A stretch of DNA of 64,000 nt, taken from NCBI GenBank assembly GCA_937625935.1, contig OW569351.1, forward strand, positions 434,001 through 498,000, written 5' to 3'. Positions 40,520-52,475 of this stretch are shown here, piece by piece. The DNA comes from Tetramitus jugosus (lineage: Eukaryota; Protista; Heterolobosea). The notes beneath the pieces are model-generated. The model ran no database searches. It saw only the letters and a list, made by a program, of their open reading frames with translations, and had not been told where the DNA came from. Both the position numbers and the translations under genes were made by a program. Position 1 is the stretch's first letter; every line of letters begins with the position of its first letter.

Positions 40520-41184
40520 CAGAGGTTTGTAACTGAGTTTTCATGACCGCTGATGTTTTTGCATGACTTGCAATCACACTTGCACAGTCAACTGTGACAC
40601 ATCGATCACTAGAAATCTGTTTTGTCAATCTTTTCAATGACTGTCTGGCCCTTATCATGAGGTAATCGACATCATGGCTAAACTGCTTCATCTGTTTCCA
40701 GATAAATAAAATCCTCTTTCCTGGTTTACATGAATTGAACTTGTAATCTTTGAAAATTAACATGAGCCGAAATTGGCTCTCACTAGTACAGCTCCTTTAA
40801 AGAATAGTAAACTTCCATGGTTGTTGAATGGTTTTTGTGGTAATTGTATATCCTGAACCCTCGTTTTAAAAATGACCCAACCAGTTAATGTTGTTTCCCT
40901 GAGGTATCACCCTTCAACCTTATTTCAATCAATTCAAACTATTTAAATCCATCAACAGCCACGATTCCTTGGTAAATACAATAGGGGTAGAAGGTGGATG
41001 AAACATTGGCTGCCAATGAATGAGGGCAACAGTGAGATCAATCACCTCATGCTCGACCACGTCGCTAGATGTTCTCTTTCTTTTGATTTTGATTGTATTT
41101 TATAGTGTGTTTATTGTAAATACATTGTAAAACTCGTTGTAAATAAAAAAGTCCGTCAAAAAGCTCTGGAGACAAAAAGTACAT

Positions 41185-41257
41185 CGCCCACCGAGGGGCT
41201 CGAACCCTCGACCACAAGGTTAAGAGCCTTGCGCTCTACCGACTGAGCTAGACGGGC
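41185..41257 (-). tRNA. tRNA-Lys (CTT)
   Basis: GCCCGTCTAGCTCAGTCGGTAGAGCGCAAGGCTCTTAACCTTGTGGTCGAGGGTTCGAGCCCCTCGGTGGGCG forms a complete cloverleaf; T5 terminator at 41174-41178. Confidence 0.98.
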
Positions 41258-41342
41258 ATTGATATGTCAATTCTTTCTAATTTACTCAAAAAAAGGAAAA
41301 AACAAAAATTTAGTGCTTTGCTAACCAGGGTCCAAGTCGCGT

Positions 41343-43210
41343 TACATCAACAACAGTTACCCATTTGTTGAATCCTTCAAGACAGCCCTCAAGCACAACG
41401 TGGATTGTGCCAGGAAGTTCGTCCTCCACGGTGTCAAAGGTAAGACGACAATCCTATCACAAATGGTATGCAGAGAGGATGCACACGCACGACATCACCC
41501 TATGCACCAACAAAAGAAGGCAATGTGACGACTGCTGCCTCGCTAGATACCATCTACTATGCTCGAGAGGCTTTTCCAAGCAGGTATAAACAGCCGTGAC
41601 CAATTAGTTGTTGATGGACAGTCACTGGGTCTCAAAGAATTCAAGTTCTTGTTCCCTAAGTGCAAAGTTGAAGTCAGATCCCACCAAGTGCTGAATATAA
41701 TGATTGGTCAAATGAAGGAATGCATGTGTTCCCAGCAAATCAATAGGGGAGAAAAAGAACCCTCACTCTACAAAGGGATGTTTCACATAGAAAACAGGAA
41801 GCATCTGCAGTCGCTATTTGACCAGGAAAGGAACAGAAGAGTGGAAGAATGTGAGAGGTGGTGGCTACAAAAGGCCGTTAGAAGTGAAGCGGACTTCAGC
41901 TTCCTCAGAAGTCCCCGCATTATAGACAGGCAGCTTGGGTGGTTTCAGATGGTAGACTTCATATGCTCTGATACAGCAAATTTAATAACAAGTATACACA
42001 GAGTATCAATGTGGTAATCTCCCATGTAGATTATATACAGCAGAGGAAGGAGACAGAGATGAGTTAAAGTATATCGCCAAACTGTTCCCAAAACTTCAAT
42101 GGGCATCTGTATCTCCAGTGATTGTTATGGGTGTTAATGATGACAAGTCGATGTTTCTTTTGGTGTAACACAACATTGACAGTGCAAGAGCAAATGCAGC
42201 AGATGGCAAGACCAAGACACGCGACTACTATCAAAGTATGGTGGCAGAAGATGGGTCCTTTCAACTATTCTACGGATATCCAGCAAATAACTGATAATGT
42301 TGCTAAGGATGTTGAAACATACACTGATATGTTACCTGCTGATCTGAGAGTAATGACTGTGGATCGATTTGGAAAAAGGACGATCTGCGTCAACAGTTTG
42401 TTTACACGACTCTGCTGTTATTATACAAGCAACTATAACATTGGCAGGAATGATCCTTTTGAAAGATTGAAAGATCTCTTAGAGATCAAAGGTTTCACTA
42501 TCAACTACAATCATACAACACTGTCTGTTGACAAAGAAACGCGTTTGAAGGAACTGTTGAAAAGAGCGAAACAAGAAGCATTGGACAAAGTAAGGCATCT
42601 CTGGGACAATGTCTCTTATTTACCTTATATAGAACGTAACCAAAAGCCTAACGATAAGAAATCAGTGAATCAATGGAAAAAGAATGTCGAAATCAGTAAC
42701 AGAATAGAGATTCTAGGAATGATACAGTAATGCATATTCTCACAGATGGGTATGACAACTATCTTAATCTCTGCAAACTACTCGCAGGTAGAGACGATAT
42801 AGAACAAAGAAGAAAAGAAGAGTTTCCAGAATTGGGTCTTAAAGATGGATTCACGAAAGTAGATGCTTGTTATCTGCTAGAGGAAACTCTTGGTTTAAAG
42901 AGATTCGAGTTTGCTGATTCAGAGTCAATTCCCAAACAAAGAAGGATACTGAAGAAGTGTTTAACATCAGACGAGATGAAATTCCTGATAAAAGTATCCA
43001 ACACTCGAAGCAAGAAGTATGCAGACGATGAATATCTGAAGTTGTTCTCTATTCTGAAACTTCTGTACAGCTATGCACCAACATATTTGTTACAGAGCGA
43101 GTTACCAAGAAGAGAACAGCTACTTACAACGATAAGATGATCAAATCTTGTCTTGAGATGTACATGAGAAGCAGAGATAGTCCTTCAAGTATCCTGACAT
43201 ATTATCCAAA
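41343..43210 (+). pseudogene. Degraded SF2 helicase of the UL9/origin-binding-protein type (viral/plasmid-like)
   Basis: Frameshifted fragments in collinear order: Walker-A-like LHGVKGKTTIL (~41424-41456), motif V-like SVSPVIVMGVN (~42106-42138) and motif VI-like QEQMQQMARPR (~42185-42220). Multiple stops. Confidence 0.5.
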
Positions 43211-43443
43211 TATTGTGGAATGGTAACTATTCTAAATGGTTGTTATAACATTTCATATCCAACAATACAAGACATTCCTCTTTGAGAAATCAGACAATAC
43301 AGGAGATTTCCTATGACAATTTGCATCGAAATTTTGTGAAGAAATTGTATAAAGAAAAATTACTATACTCTCTCCATAACAAATTGTCATAGACTTTTCC
43401 TGTTAAAACTGTTTATCAAGTCACCAGACACTTCCTTGAAAGG

Positions 43444-44087
43444 CTATTGTGGATCATTCTGTCTTCTGTCTTCTATTATGTCTCCAATAAACCTATATTG
43501 TTTGATGTAAAGATGATTTAATCGTACTGGGAAGTGGTAATACTTTTTCAGTAACTCCAGATCGTACTTCCTGATAGAGGTGGAGGCATTTCTTACTAGC
43601 AGTTCTATTTGTACTCCTTCATCGTGTAATCTCTTCGCAGTAGTATACTCAGTACATACATGCTTATGTGTATGATAGTGGTCTACTTCACAGTTTTTAG
43701 AGCAGTAGACTTCGCTTTTACATTGACTACAGTAGTGATAGCAGTCGTTCATCTGTTCAAGTTTTGCTGCAATTTGCACAGACTGCCTTTTGCAATAGTG
43801 CGTGAGGATTGTCGATACAGAGCTGTTTGGATATGTTGAGTATATCTTCGTTGTTCATTCGTTTGTTGAGATTGTTTGCTCAGAAAAGTCTTCTTTTGTA
43901 ATAACGAATTTACAATCTGTAGTCTACAGTTCAGACAACAACGTATTTTCTGCGTGAAGTGTTGTGTGGAGGTGTTGGTGGTGTTGAAGTCTTCTAGAAA
44001 CAAATGACGTCGTGCACAAGGAACTCCCCATTGAGACTCTAACAGTTGATATTGCCGCAAATAATGCTCCTTTATTTTATGATACAA
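43444..44087 (-). pseudogene. MYND-type zinc-finger protein remnant (frameshifted)
   Basis: CSQCKSEVYCSKNCEVDHYHTHKHVC. Two overlapping ORFs in different frames with non-ATG starts. Confidence 0.6.
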
Positions 44088-44422
44088 CTCCCACAGACAA
44101 TACTACTGGGGGTGATATGTACTATGATAGCGATGACGGCAATGGAGAGATTAAAGACATAGATTCATTGTTTTGATTCATTCAAAGCACCTATCCGATG
44201 TTTAGCAATTTCTAAAAGTTTTTCCTTTGCTTCACGAGACTGACTCAACCGCTCCAATTCTTGTTTCATAACTTCTTCTTTGTCATTTTGCTTTGTTGCA
44301 TGTCTGAATGAATGTTGTACACTGGGGAAATAATTAAAGTCTGTCATTCTGATAGGTGAGTGCATGTTCTATATTTCTGTCTTTTTTTTGTCGAGCTTTA
44401 CTGCGCTTTTTGCCAACTATCC

Positions 44423-44848
44423 ATGATCGGCACTGTTACTGTCACACAAATTGATCCACATTCAAGAACTACTAATGCTCTACCATACCTCGAACTTCAT
44501 CGCATTTACTTTTCTGCATCTAATATGTTGACCCTTTCTGTTACACGATTCAACGTGGTAGCGATGTCGCACGGACAAAACTACAGACCTCTGGACTTGT
44601 GCGTTGATGGTTCGCGATATGTATTAGCTTTTTACATGGATTATTATGACAATACCTATAAGTTTGTTGTAACATATGACAACCAGATCATACGCAGCAA
44701 TACTATCGTATATGTTTTGGAAGAGTCAATTGTTTATACAAACCATAGTTATGATCCACCTACAGAATTTATGCGGTTTCAACCTAGTGAACATGATGAT
44801 GATGATGAGATCATTGAATTTGACGATGATTCAGTACTTCTTACATAA
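44423..44848 (+). CDS. Orphan 141-aa beta-rich protein inside the decayed island
   Basis: ATG at 44423, uninterrupted to TAA at 44848, with an acidic tail. No family recognised. Confidence 0.4.
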   Translation: MIGTVTVTQIDPHSRTTNALPYLELHRIYFSASNMLTLSVTRFNVVAMSHGQNYRPLDLCVDGSRYVLAFYMDYYDNTYKFVVTYDNQIIRSNTIVYVLEESIVYTNHSYDPPTEFMRFQPSEHDDDDEIIEFDDDSVLLT

Positions 44849-44929
44849 TTATTAGTCATGTTAGTGGTCCCATTAAATACGACATTTATCGTTGTTCGAG
44901 TTGATAAATCAATTTGACTAGCGCAGCAA

Positions 44930-46030
44930 TGCTCCATGCCAGGGCAGCAAATCCACACAACCAATCACCTTCTCTTGCTTCCAAAACACAATCACAGGGG
45001 TTTCGATAGCAGATTGTTGTACGACCTTTGTTTTAGGTCATTCAACGCATCAATCGAATACCAGTCTTTTCTCGTGTACTTGTAGTGGCCCTCCTCATTT
45101 TTCTTCACTCTTCCAAACACATACACACCGTCCTGCCGAACACCGTCAGAGCGAGACCCAAACCATCTCTTCTACAAGGGTAAATAAGAATTGGTTGGAT
45201 CTTTGAACAAAGTGACAACAAGATTGATACGACTTACATTCATTGCATGTAACACTTTCATCGTACCTTTGTGTGTCATGCAGTTCAAGCGATCTTCGAG
45301 ATACTGCAACAAGGGAATGGTCTCGCAAATACCTTGATCCACTCGATACGTTCCATGGATTGATCGAAGAATCACTCGGTTAAATCTCTCAAAAGGAAAA
45401 GCTGTGTAACACCACAGAGGTTTATGCCTCTTTACACAATCAACCAAATGGGTGACAAGATGAACATTTAATGTAACATACCGATCGCCATACACTTCCT
45501 GGGACTGATTCACATAATGGGTCAGCTCCAATTGTATTTTATCCAATTGTTGCATTGTCATTTCAGGTTGAAGCAGCTCATACAGGGAATTGACCAGAAT
45601 CATGTGTTGTTCAAAATAGGGAGTGTTCGCTGGAAACAAGTGTTTTGTTAGTCTTGATGTATAGATCATGAACACAAGACACTTTGATGCTTTAAAGTAT
45701 CGATGATGCTTAAATACTTAGATTGACCTGATATTTCGACGAAACACAGATGGGAGCTGTTGCTGCAAGAGTAATTGATCGAATGACTCCCACATTTGCT
45801 TGCTCCCAATCTGTAGTTGTACTGCATGAGTGCCATGAATGAATGTAAACAAAGAGAGTGCCGTGGAGAAGGAGTGCAAACAATGAAATATCACATACCT
45901 TGGATTCTGTCCAAAGTTTCATCAACAAGGAGCTCCATCAAATGCATGATATCAATACTTCCAAAACTTGTCCATTCCCAGTAAGGAAGCATTTCTGAGA
46001 AGATCGAAATGCCATTGTGCTCATTGATAA
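44930..46030 (-). mobile_element. CACTA/EnSpm (CMC superfamily) transposase pseudogene, C-terminal portion
   Basis: LPYW......IDIMH (45942-45989), LPSVFRRNIRSI*VFKHHRYFKAS (in-frame stop at 45718-20) and TLNVHLVTHLVDCVKRHKPLWCYTAFPFERFN..I..SIHGT. Frameshifts lie between the blocks. Confidence 0.85.
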
Positions 46031-47027
46031 CTGGTAGATCAGACCAAGCCACTCCTTCACTGAGTAATGTTCGGTACTTTTTTGTGTATTAGACGTGCCA
46101 ACTTCTTAGTATGAAAAAAAAGAAAAATCAAATTTTACAATGGAGGTAAATTGTAGCGAAGACCTCCAAGAAAACCTACAAGGAATGCCTTAAAGGAATG
46201 AGGGGCACCAAGGTAGATGCCATCGAGCAGGTAACAGATGTGCAAATGATGGAGGACTCAAGTGAAAGTTGTGATTTGGTACTACACCATGATTCAACGA
46301 CGTTGTTGGATGCACCAGAAGTGTCATTTGAAAACAGTTCACAACCAACCAATGAGGTGGTGTCCAATATCAAGATATCCTAGAGACAGTGTGCCAGAAG
46401 ACTCAACCTTCGCAACAACTATACAAAGGAGTCCAGAATTGAACGATGAAGTCACAGATGATGTTCCTATAATTTATGATACCGTTAAAATTTAAAGGTA
46501 AAGCTATTGATATCGTCAGTTTCATGGAGTCAGAAGAGATCGATTTTTGTAATGCTGCAAGAAGTCAGGCATCAATAGTGCCAAAAATTAAGTTGATTCT
46601 TGACCTGGATCAACTGTGTACTACTATGTCAACTAACTACTATCGTGTGTATTGCAACAGTTCCGTATTAAGCTCTCCTGGATAAATGTTTAAGGCAGGA
46701 TGCAGAACCTACTGCAACACTAGTTATTTGATGGAGATAATCAAGTTCTTGAATAGCTTATTGGATAATTTGTCAATTAGTTTGTAATTTCAGTAAGTTT
46801 TCTGCTTCAAGTTGGAATAGATTTGTCATCGATGTACTAGCTTTTGCTGGTAATGCTTCTTGTGCTTTGTATTCGTAAGAAACTGCATTCCTTTTGTTCG
46901 AACCAACCTCGGGGATTCCAGTTCGCGAATTTGTTCGAGGGGCGGAAAAAGCGAGATTCGATAAAATTAACACCCAAGAACAAAACAACATCAGAACAAA
47001 AAGACACACAAAGAGAGAGAAACAGTG

Positions 47028-49068
47028 ATGACTTCTTCTCCGTCATCATCTGGTGAACAAACTGACATCACCCACAATCACGAAAAAAACAATGAAAAAC
47101 AAACATTGCTCTCTTCGTCTCACAGCAGCACAACAGTAGCAGCAGTCGCAACAGGCACATCAACCATCCACTACAAACCATCAACACCACACTTTACACG
47201 CTTCCAAAAACTTCAATTCAAAATATTCAGTCCATGGGTCCTCCTGCTCTTCCTCTTTATCATCAACATTTTTATTTATTTTGATCGTGGTGCAATCTCT
47301 GCGATTCAACCATCGATTGAGAAGCATTGGAAAATCAGCAAAACTCAGCAAGGTGCACTCTCTAGTGCATTCATGGTTGGTTACATGCTTTTCTGTCCCA
47401 TTTTTGCTGAGCTCGCTTCACGTATCAGCACAAGTGTCATTCTAGCAATTGGATTGTTTGGTTGGTCCGTCATGACGTTTGCTTGTGGTTTGAGTGGAGG
47501 TTCCAGTCAACACATTTGGGGTTACTATATGCTTGTGACGTGTCGTTGCTTTGTGGGTATTGGTGAGGCTGCATTTGCACCTATTGCACCCACTTTGATT
47601 GATGACTGTGCACCAGAGAAGCAAAAAACTGTACGTTTTTTTTTATTGTTGTTATTGTTCTTGTTGTTTTCGATTCTTGTTGTCAGTTGAGAGCTTTCTT
47701 GTATTGACCTTTTTTTTGTATGTAACAATTGATTGATTGATTTTTTGTTTGTATGGAGTAGACATTTATGAGCATCTTTTATATAGCTCTTCCATGTGGT
47801 GCTGCACTAGGATATGGTGTCAGTGGTCTCTTGGCATCCAGAATTTCATGGAGAATTCCATTTTTTGCCGAAGGAATCATCATGTTGGTCCTCTCCTTGT
47901 TGTGCCTCTTGATTCCATCCACTGACAAATACAAGGAATACCAACAATATAAACAATCGTTGGCCGCTAGTGGTGGTGATCCTGTCGAAGGCTCCGAGAG
48001 TATGACTGTTGTGTTGGAAAAGGCGAGAGCTTCATTCAGAGAAGACGCTGAATCACAAGGACTCTTGAACAACAACAACAATAACGACACCATGACTGCA
48101 ACTGTAGATGAGATGAGCGAAATGGGAATGACGAGAGAAGAATTGCTTCAAATGAAAAAGGACAAAAGGTACAATATTTTACAGGCCATTGTTGCACTAG
48201 GAACCAATCCTTGCTATGTGTTTGCTGCATTGGCCGCAACTGCCTATACGTTTGTTGTTGGTGGATTGGCGTTTTGGGCTCCGACTGTTGTCGCTGATTT
48301 GTTGGATTGGTCTCCAGAAAGAGCCAACTTGGCATTCTCTGCTGTTTGTGCCGTGACTGGATTGTTTGGATCGTTCTTTGGTGGTATTTTCTTGGATCTG
48401 ATTGGTGGAGCAAGTGGCATGAAGGGTGCTTCAAGAGCCTTCTTGCTGTGTACCATTTATATTGGAATTGCTTTGCCGTTGGGAACTGTAGCCTTTTTGA
48501 TGCGAAGTCCAGTTTTGTTCTTCTTGTTCCTGTTTATGGCCGAATTGTTTGTTGTATGTATTGCTTGATTTATTTGTATTCCCAGTGGGAAACGGACGTC
48601 ATTCTGAACTAACCCTTCGTTTTCACACCATCACCCACCAGTTTGGTATCACTTCGCCGATGAACGTTGCCTTTTTGGCGATTGTGAACAAGAACCTGAG
48701 AAACTTTTCCATGTCCTTCCAAATCTTTTCAGTATGTATTCCTAAACAAGGGCTAGCTCGACCTCTCTCTCTCTTACGTTTCTTGTGTATTTTGAAAATC
48801 GCCTACTAACCATCATAACTCTGTGTAGATTCATTTGCTTGGTGATGTGCCTTCACCAATTTTGTTTGGTTTACTAGCGGATGCAATTGGAAAGAAGAAG
48901 GGAACACTGGTTTCAGTTCACTTCCTCTGGGCTGTTCTTCTCCTTGCAATCATCTTCTTCTTCTTTGCTTTCCTGATTACGAGAAGCAAAGCCAAGAGGA
49001 GAGAAAGAATCGAGGAACATATGCAAGCCAAAAAGGAAGCAATGACCCAGAATCAAAGCATGGAATAG
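47028..49068 (+). CDS. Spinster-family MFS transporter; 4 exons (47028-47630, 47762-48553, 48642-48731, 48829-49068)
   Basis: NIFIYFDRGAI and RCFVGIGEAAF..IAPTLIDD. Spliced junctions give KQKT|TFMSIFYIALPCGAALGY and QIFS|IHLLGDVPSP. Three GT-AG introns, all phase 0. Confidence 0.92.
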
Positions 49069-49279
49069 CTCTGATCAGTCTGAACTGGCGATTGGAAATG
49101 TAAATTTGCAACAAGTAGTATACAATCGTAAACAAAAAAAGAATGTCATTATTCATCAATCATCGGAGAGGGTGGTAGGGTAGGTTGTATCGTTCGTTGC
49201 TGTTTTTTTTAATCTGTACAAAATTGGTTGAGTTATACATCAATGTAGTAGGCCTCTTGTTTGAATGGTGCGGTCATGT

Positions 49280-49768
49280 TCATCTTCTAATCTTCACCAC
49301 AGAGGATGGGTCCTTCTTTGACTGCTTCTCCAAATTGTTTTGTTCTTCAATGGCCGTCAAAATCTCATCCTTGTTTGTCTCGAGAACCATTCCTCCCATA
49401 ATAATCTCATCCAAGATGAAATTGACCTTGTCAGAGTGGAAAATGAGATCCAACTCACACACATTCTCAAAACACTTGTCCAATGCTTCGACAAACACTT
49501 GAATCAAATCCAATATGCCCAATTCACTCTCACTCTCATCGACAACGAATATAAAGTACAGTGTAGCATAGTGACGATAGATTAACTTAGTTTCTCTGCC
49601 ATAGATGCTTCCTCCCTCCAAAAAATTACAGACAATGTCAGGGCGCTTCGATATGAGTTGATAGCACTCTGTGATGGCTTGTTGTTGGAGACCAAAGGCA
49701 ATTGGCTCATAAAATTTCACTAGCCTTGGCTTTCCGTGATTGTTGACGACAAGCACACCTTTGATCAT
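49280..49768 (-). CDS. AP3S: AP-3 adaptor complex sigma subunit
   Basis: MIKGVLVVNNHGKPRLVKFY...LIYRHYATLYF...SESELGILDLIQVFVEALDKCFENVCELDLIFH, diagnostic of sigma-3. Confidence 0.97.
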   Translation of the reverse strand: MIKGVLVVNNHGKPRLVKFYEPIAFGLQQQAITECYQLISKRPDIVCNFLEGGSIYGRETKLIYRHYATLYFIFVVDESESELGILDLIQVFVEALDKCFENVCELDLIFHSDKVNFILDEIIMGGMVLETNKDEILTAIEEQNNLEKQSKKDPSSVVKIRR

Positions 49769-50303
49769 GATTTCTGTGTTTGTTGTTTGTTGTGTTGTGG
49801 GTTGTTTTTTTCTTCTTCCTTTGCGAGTCGGTGTTTTGTGTGAAGTTTTTATCTCCGACTTGGAGGAAAAAAGTTTTTGTTTTTGCTCTTTCTATCAGTG
49901 AGGCTTCTGCAGGATCTTCAAGACCAAAGATTCTGAAAGATTGGAGGATCAGATTACTGTAGCTGTAAACAAAGGGTCAATGTGATAGTTGGTTGTATTG
50001 ACCACTTTGGCGGACAAACTCAACGAAATTTTTGATGCAAAAGCACAATTCAGAACGGCTGGTTGCTGGAATCTGACTCTTCACATTTGACTCAAACACT
50101 CATCAAGGTAGGTCAGTGAGATCCAGGCAATGCTGTGCCACATCCAGAGAGGAAAATGTTTTTGTCGGGTATTTGTCGTTTGAACCATCAATAAATTTAC
50201 AACATTGAATTTCAGTCAACTGGGAAAAAATTTGTCCAACAACAAGCACACAACAACGCATACCATCACCCTTATTTTATCCCATTTTTGATATCAGCAA
50301 AAA

Positions 50304-51254
50304 ATGATGAACTGTATTAGAGTTGTCAGAGCGGCAAGAAACGTCACTCCAGCATTCAAGAGAGGTTATTTCACACAAACCTTCTCTGATAAGGATAAGT
50401 TTACTACCGAATTGAAGGGCGATTATCCAACCATTGTCGAAGGTTTGGAAGGTGAATTCGCAAAGGAATTGTTCCGTTATGCATACAACAATAATCAATT
50501 GGGTTACTACAAAGTCGCTTTGGAATACGTGAACGGACTCAATGCTCCTCACAGATTTGCTGAAGAAGAATTCCAAGCTTCATTGAAGGATGCTGGTGTT
50601 CCTGATGTCGTCAGAACCGAATTTTTGAGCAATGTCTCCGAATCTTTGTTGAGTAACAACTTCCCTGAAATTGTCGCTGCTTATGAAGAACTCTACAAAG
50701 CAAACTACCGTGTTGAATTTGGAACAATCACCCTTGGTACTGTAAGTGTCGTCACGATCTCGTCTATTTTCTATTTATTTTCTTCTCATTTATTGTTTCA
50801 ATTGAAGATGACCATTTTGCTGACTGAAATACGTTTTTTCTCATCATGCCCTTATTTTTTATAATTCTGCAATGTGCAAAAAAAAATGAAATCATCATCA
50901 CCACATAATGCAAAATACGAATAATACGAATGATGAACGCGATCACAACGATGAATGGATACACAATATGTTTTGTTGACGCTCGTGTACGAAATTGACT
51001 GTTTGAAACAATGACAACGACTACAACGCACTCAACTACAGCACTACTCCGACAAGTATGAATCCTTTAAGAGAAAGATTGCTGAAATTTCAGCTCCAGC
51101 TGTAGCAAACAACACCAGAGTCGAATGGAAATATAAGCTTGTTCCTGCTGATTTGTCTGGATGGAGATCAGCTGCCGCTTCCTCATCAATTGATGCTTCT
51201 GGTACATCTGCTCTCGAAGAGGAAAAGTTGAAGACTACTGACAATATTTTCTAA
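50304..51254 (+). CDS. Mitochondrial ATP synthase OSCP (subunit O)-like protein; 2 exons (50304-50741, 51042-51254)
   Basis: Arg-rich presequence, then EGLEGEFAKELFRYA and NNFPEIVAAYEEL...RVEFGTIT. Intron GTAAGT...CAG (50742-51041) joins to an exon with VEWKYKLVPADLSG...SIDAS. Codon usage looks like a highly expressed gene. Confidence 0.7.
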
Positions 51255-51353
51255 GTTTGATGCACTCAAACATAGAGGAGGGCAAATAAATATGAACTGC
51301 TGCTTGTACAGGTCTTGGGGTGTCATAAACAATAATATTATCACAACAACTTC

Positions 51354-52388
51354 TCACAATTTGGATTTTACTAGGCTAGTTTTCTTCTTGTTAGCTTTGC
51401 TGTTGTTGTGATGACCGGGATCATCAGAGCAATATCGCTCATAGATTTCTTGACAGTGACTTGGAATGATCTTGATGCTCGGATGTGCTTGGTGAAGGTT
51501 GTGAATACTCCTCAGCGTTTCCTTGTACTGCTCCCAATTGTCATGCACCAGATACTTTGTCACAATACTCGGCAGTTCGTTCCTCTTGAAGGCCGTAGAT
51601 GACCAGCATGCATCTCCCACGAGCAGGTAGCTCTCTTCGTTTTGAGCATGAACCAAAAGACCACAATGACCAAAATGATGTCCAGGCAGCTGGACGATAA
51701 ATACTGTCTGATCACCGAACAGATCTTTACCTCTGATGTTCGTATTGTACAGGTAGGACCATTCACCACAATTACTGTCATTCTCATCATCACCGTCTTG
51801 GACAAGTATCACTCGCTGATCAAAATCCTTGGGCAGCAGATCAGGTAGAAAGCCACATGACACTGCAGACAAGCCCTTCCTATTCCGTATTTGTTCGTAT
51901 CCAGATTGCAGACAAATGAACTTTGCACATGGAAAATGACTCAGAGCTCCGATATGATCTGCATGAAAGTGAGAAATGACAATGTAGTCAACCTGGTGAG
52001 GTTCAATCCCATACTGTTGCATCAATTGTTGAGATGCTGACTCATTTGGATGCACGGTCACTGGTGTTGCATGTGCATAGAGGCAATAGGGACAATGGGC
52101 AGTCGCTCTGTAAAAGTCTGTACTGTATCCCGTATCGAACAGAATGTAGCGCAATTTTTGCTTGCCTTCCTGACTGGTGGTGGCGGCCAAGTTTGATGCA
52201 GAGATGAATTGACGAATCAGAGAGAACATGCTTGGGAATCGAATGGTTTTGAATTGGCCCGATTCACTCAGCGTGATACGTTCATTGTTTGTGCAGTAAC
52301 CAGCAGCATGAATCGTCAATAGAGTTTCTGTGGTTGTGCTCAACGATCTTCTCATGTGTTCAGCTGGATGATTTGTTTTGGTGCCCAT
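51354..52388 (-). CDS. Metallo-beta-lactamase-fold hydrolase, bacterial-like
   Basis: AGYC..., ILFDTGY, ISHFHADHIG, DLFGD, LPGH..GH, LVGDACW and PSH. ATG at 52388 or 52355. Confidence 0.9.
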   Translation of the reverse strand: MGTKTNHPAEHMRRSLSTTTETLLTIHAAGYCTNNERITLSESGQFKTIRFPSMFSLIRQFISASNLAATTSQEGKQKLRYILFDTGYSTDFYRATAHCPYCLYAHATPVTVHPNESASQQLMQQYGIEPHQVDYIVISHFHADHIGALSHFPCAKFICLQSGYEQIRNRKGLSAVSCGFLPDLLPKDFDQRVILVQDGDDENDSNCGEWSYLYNTNIRGKDLFGDQTVFIVQLPGHHFGHCGLLVHAQNEESYLLVGDACWSSTAFKRNELPSIVTKYLVHDNWEQYKETLRSIHNLHQAHPSIKIIPSHCQEIYERYCSDDPGHHNNSKANKKKTSLVKSKL

Positions 52389-52475
52389 CAAAAAAAATTT
52401 CCATGTTTCTTCCTTGTGAGCGCCACACCCAGAAAAGCGAAAGCAAGAACAAAATCAGAATCTTCCAGTGCAGCA

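Noticed and set aside
41311-46722. TAGTG (41311) and CACTA (46718) as CACTA element termini
   Set aside because: They are in the wrong order for element ends, and I see no extended TIR or 3-bp TSD.
46176-46800. Short + strand ORFs at the right edge of the island
   Set aside because: They look like a stop-interrupted coding relic, but I could not assign a family, so they are not called as a feature.
50742-51041. Box C/D snoRNA in the unusually long (300-nt) OSCP intron
   Set aside because: ATGATGA is present near 50930, but there is no downstream CTGA box D or terminal stem inside the intron.
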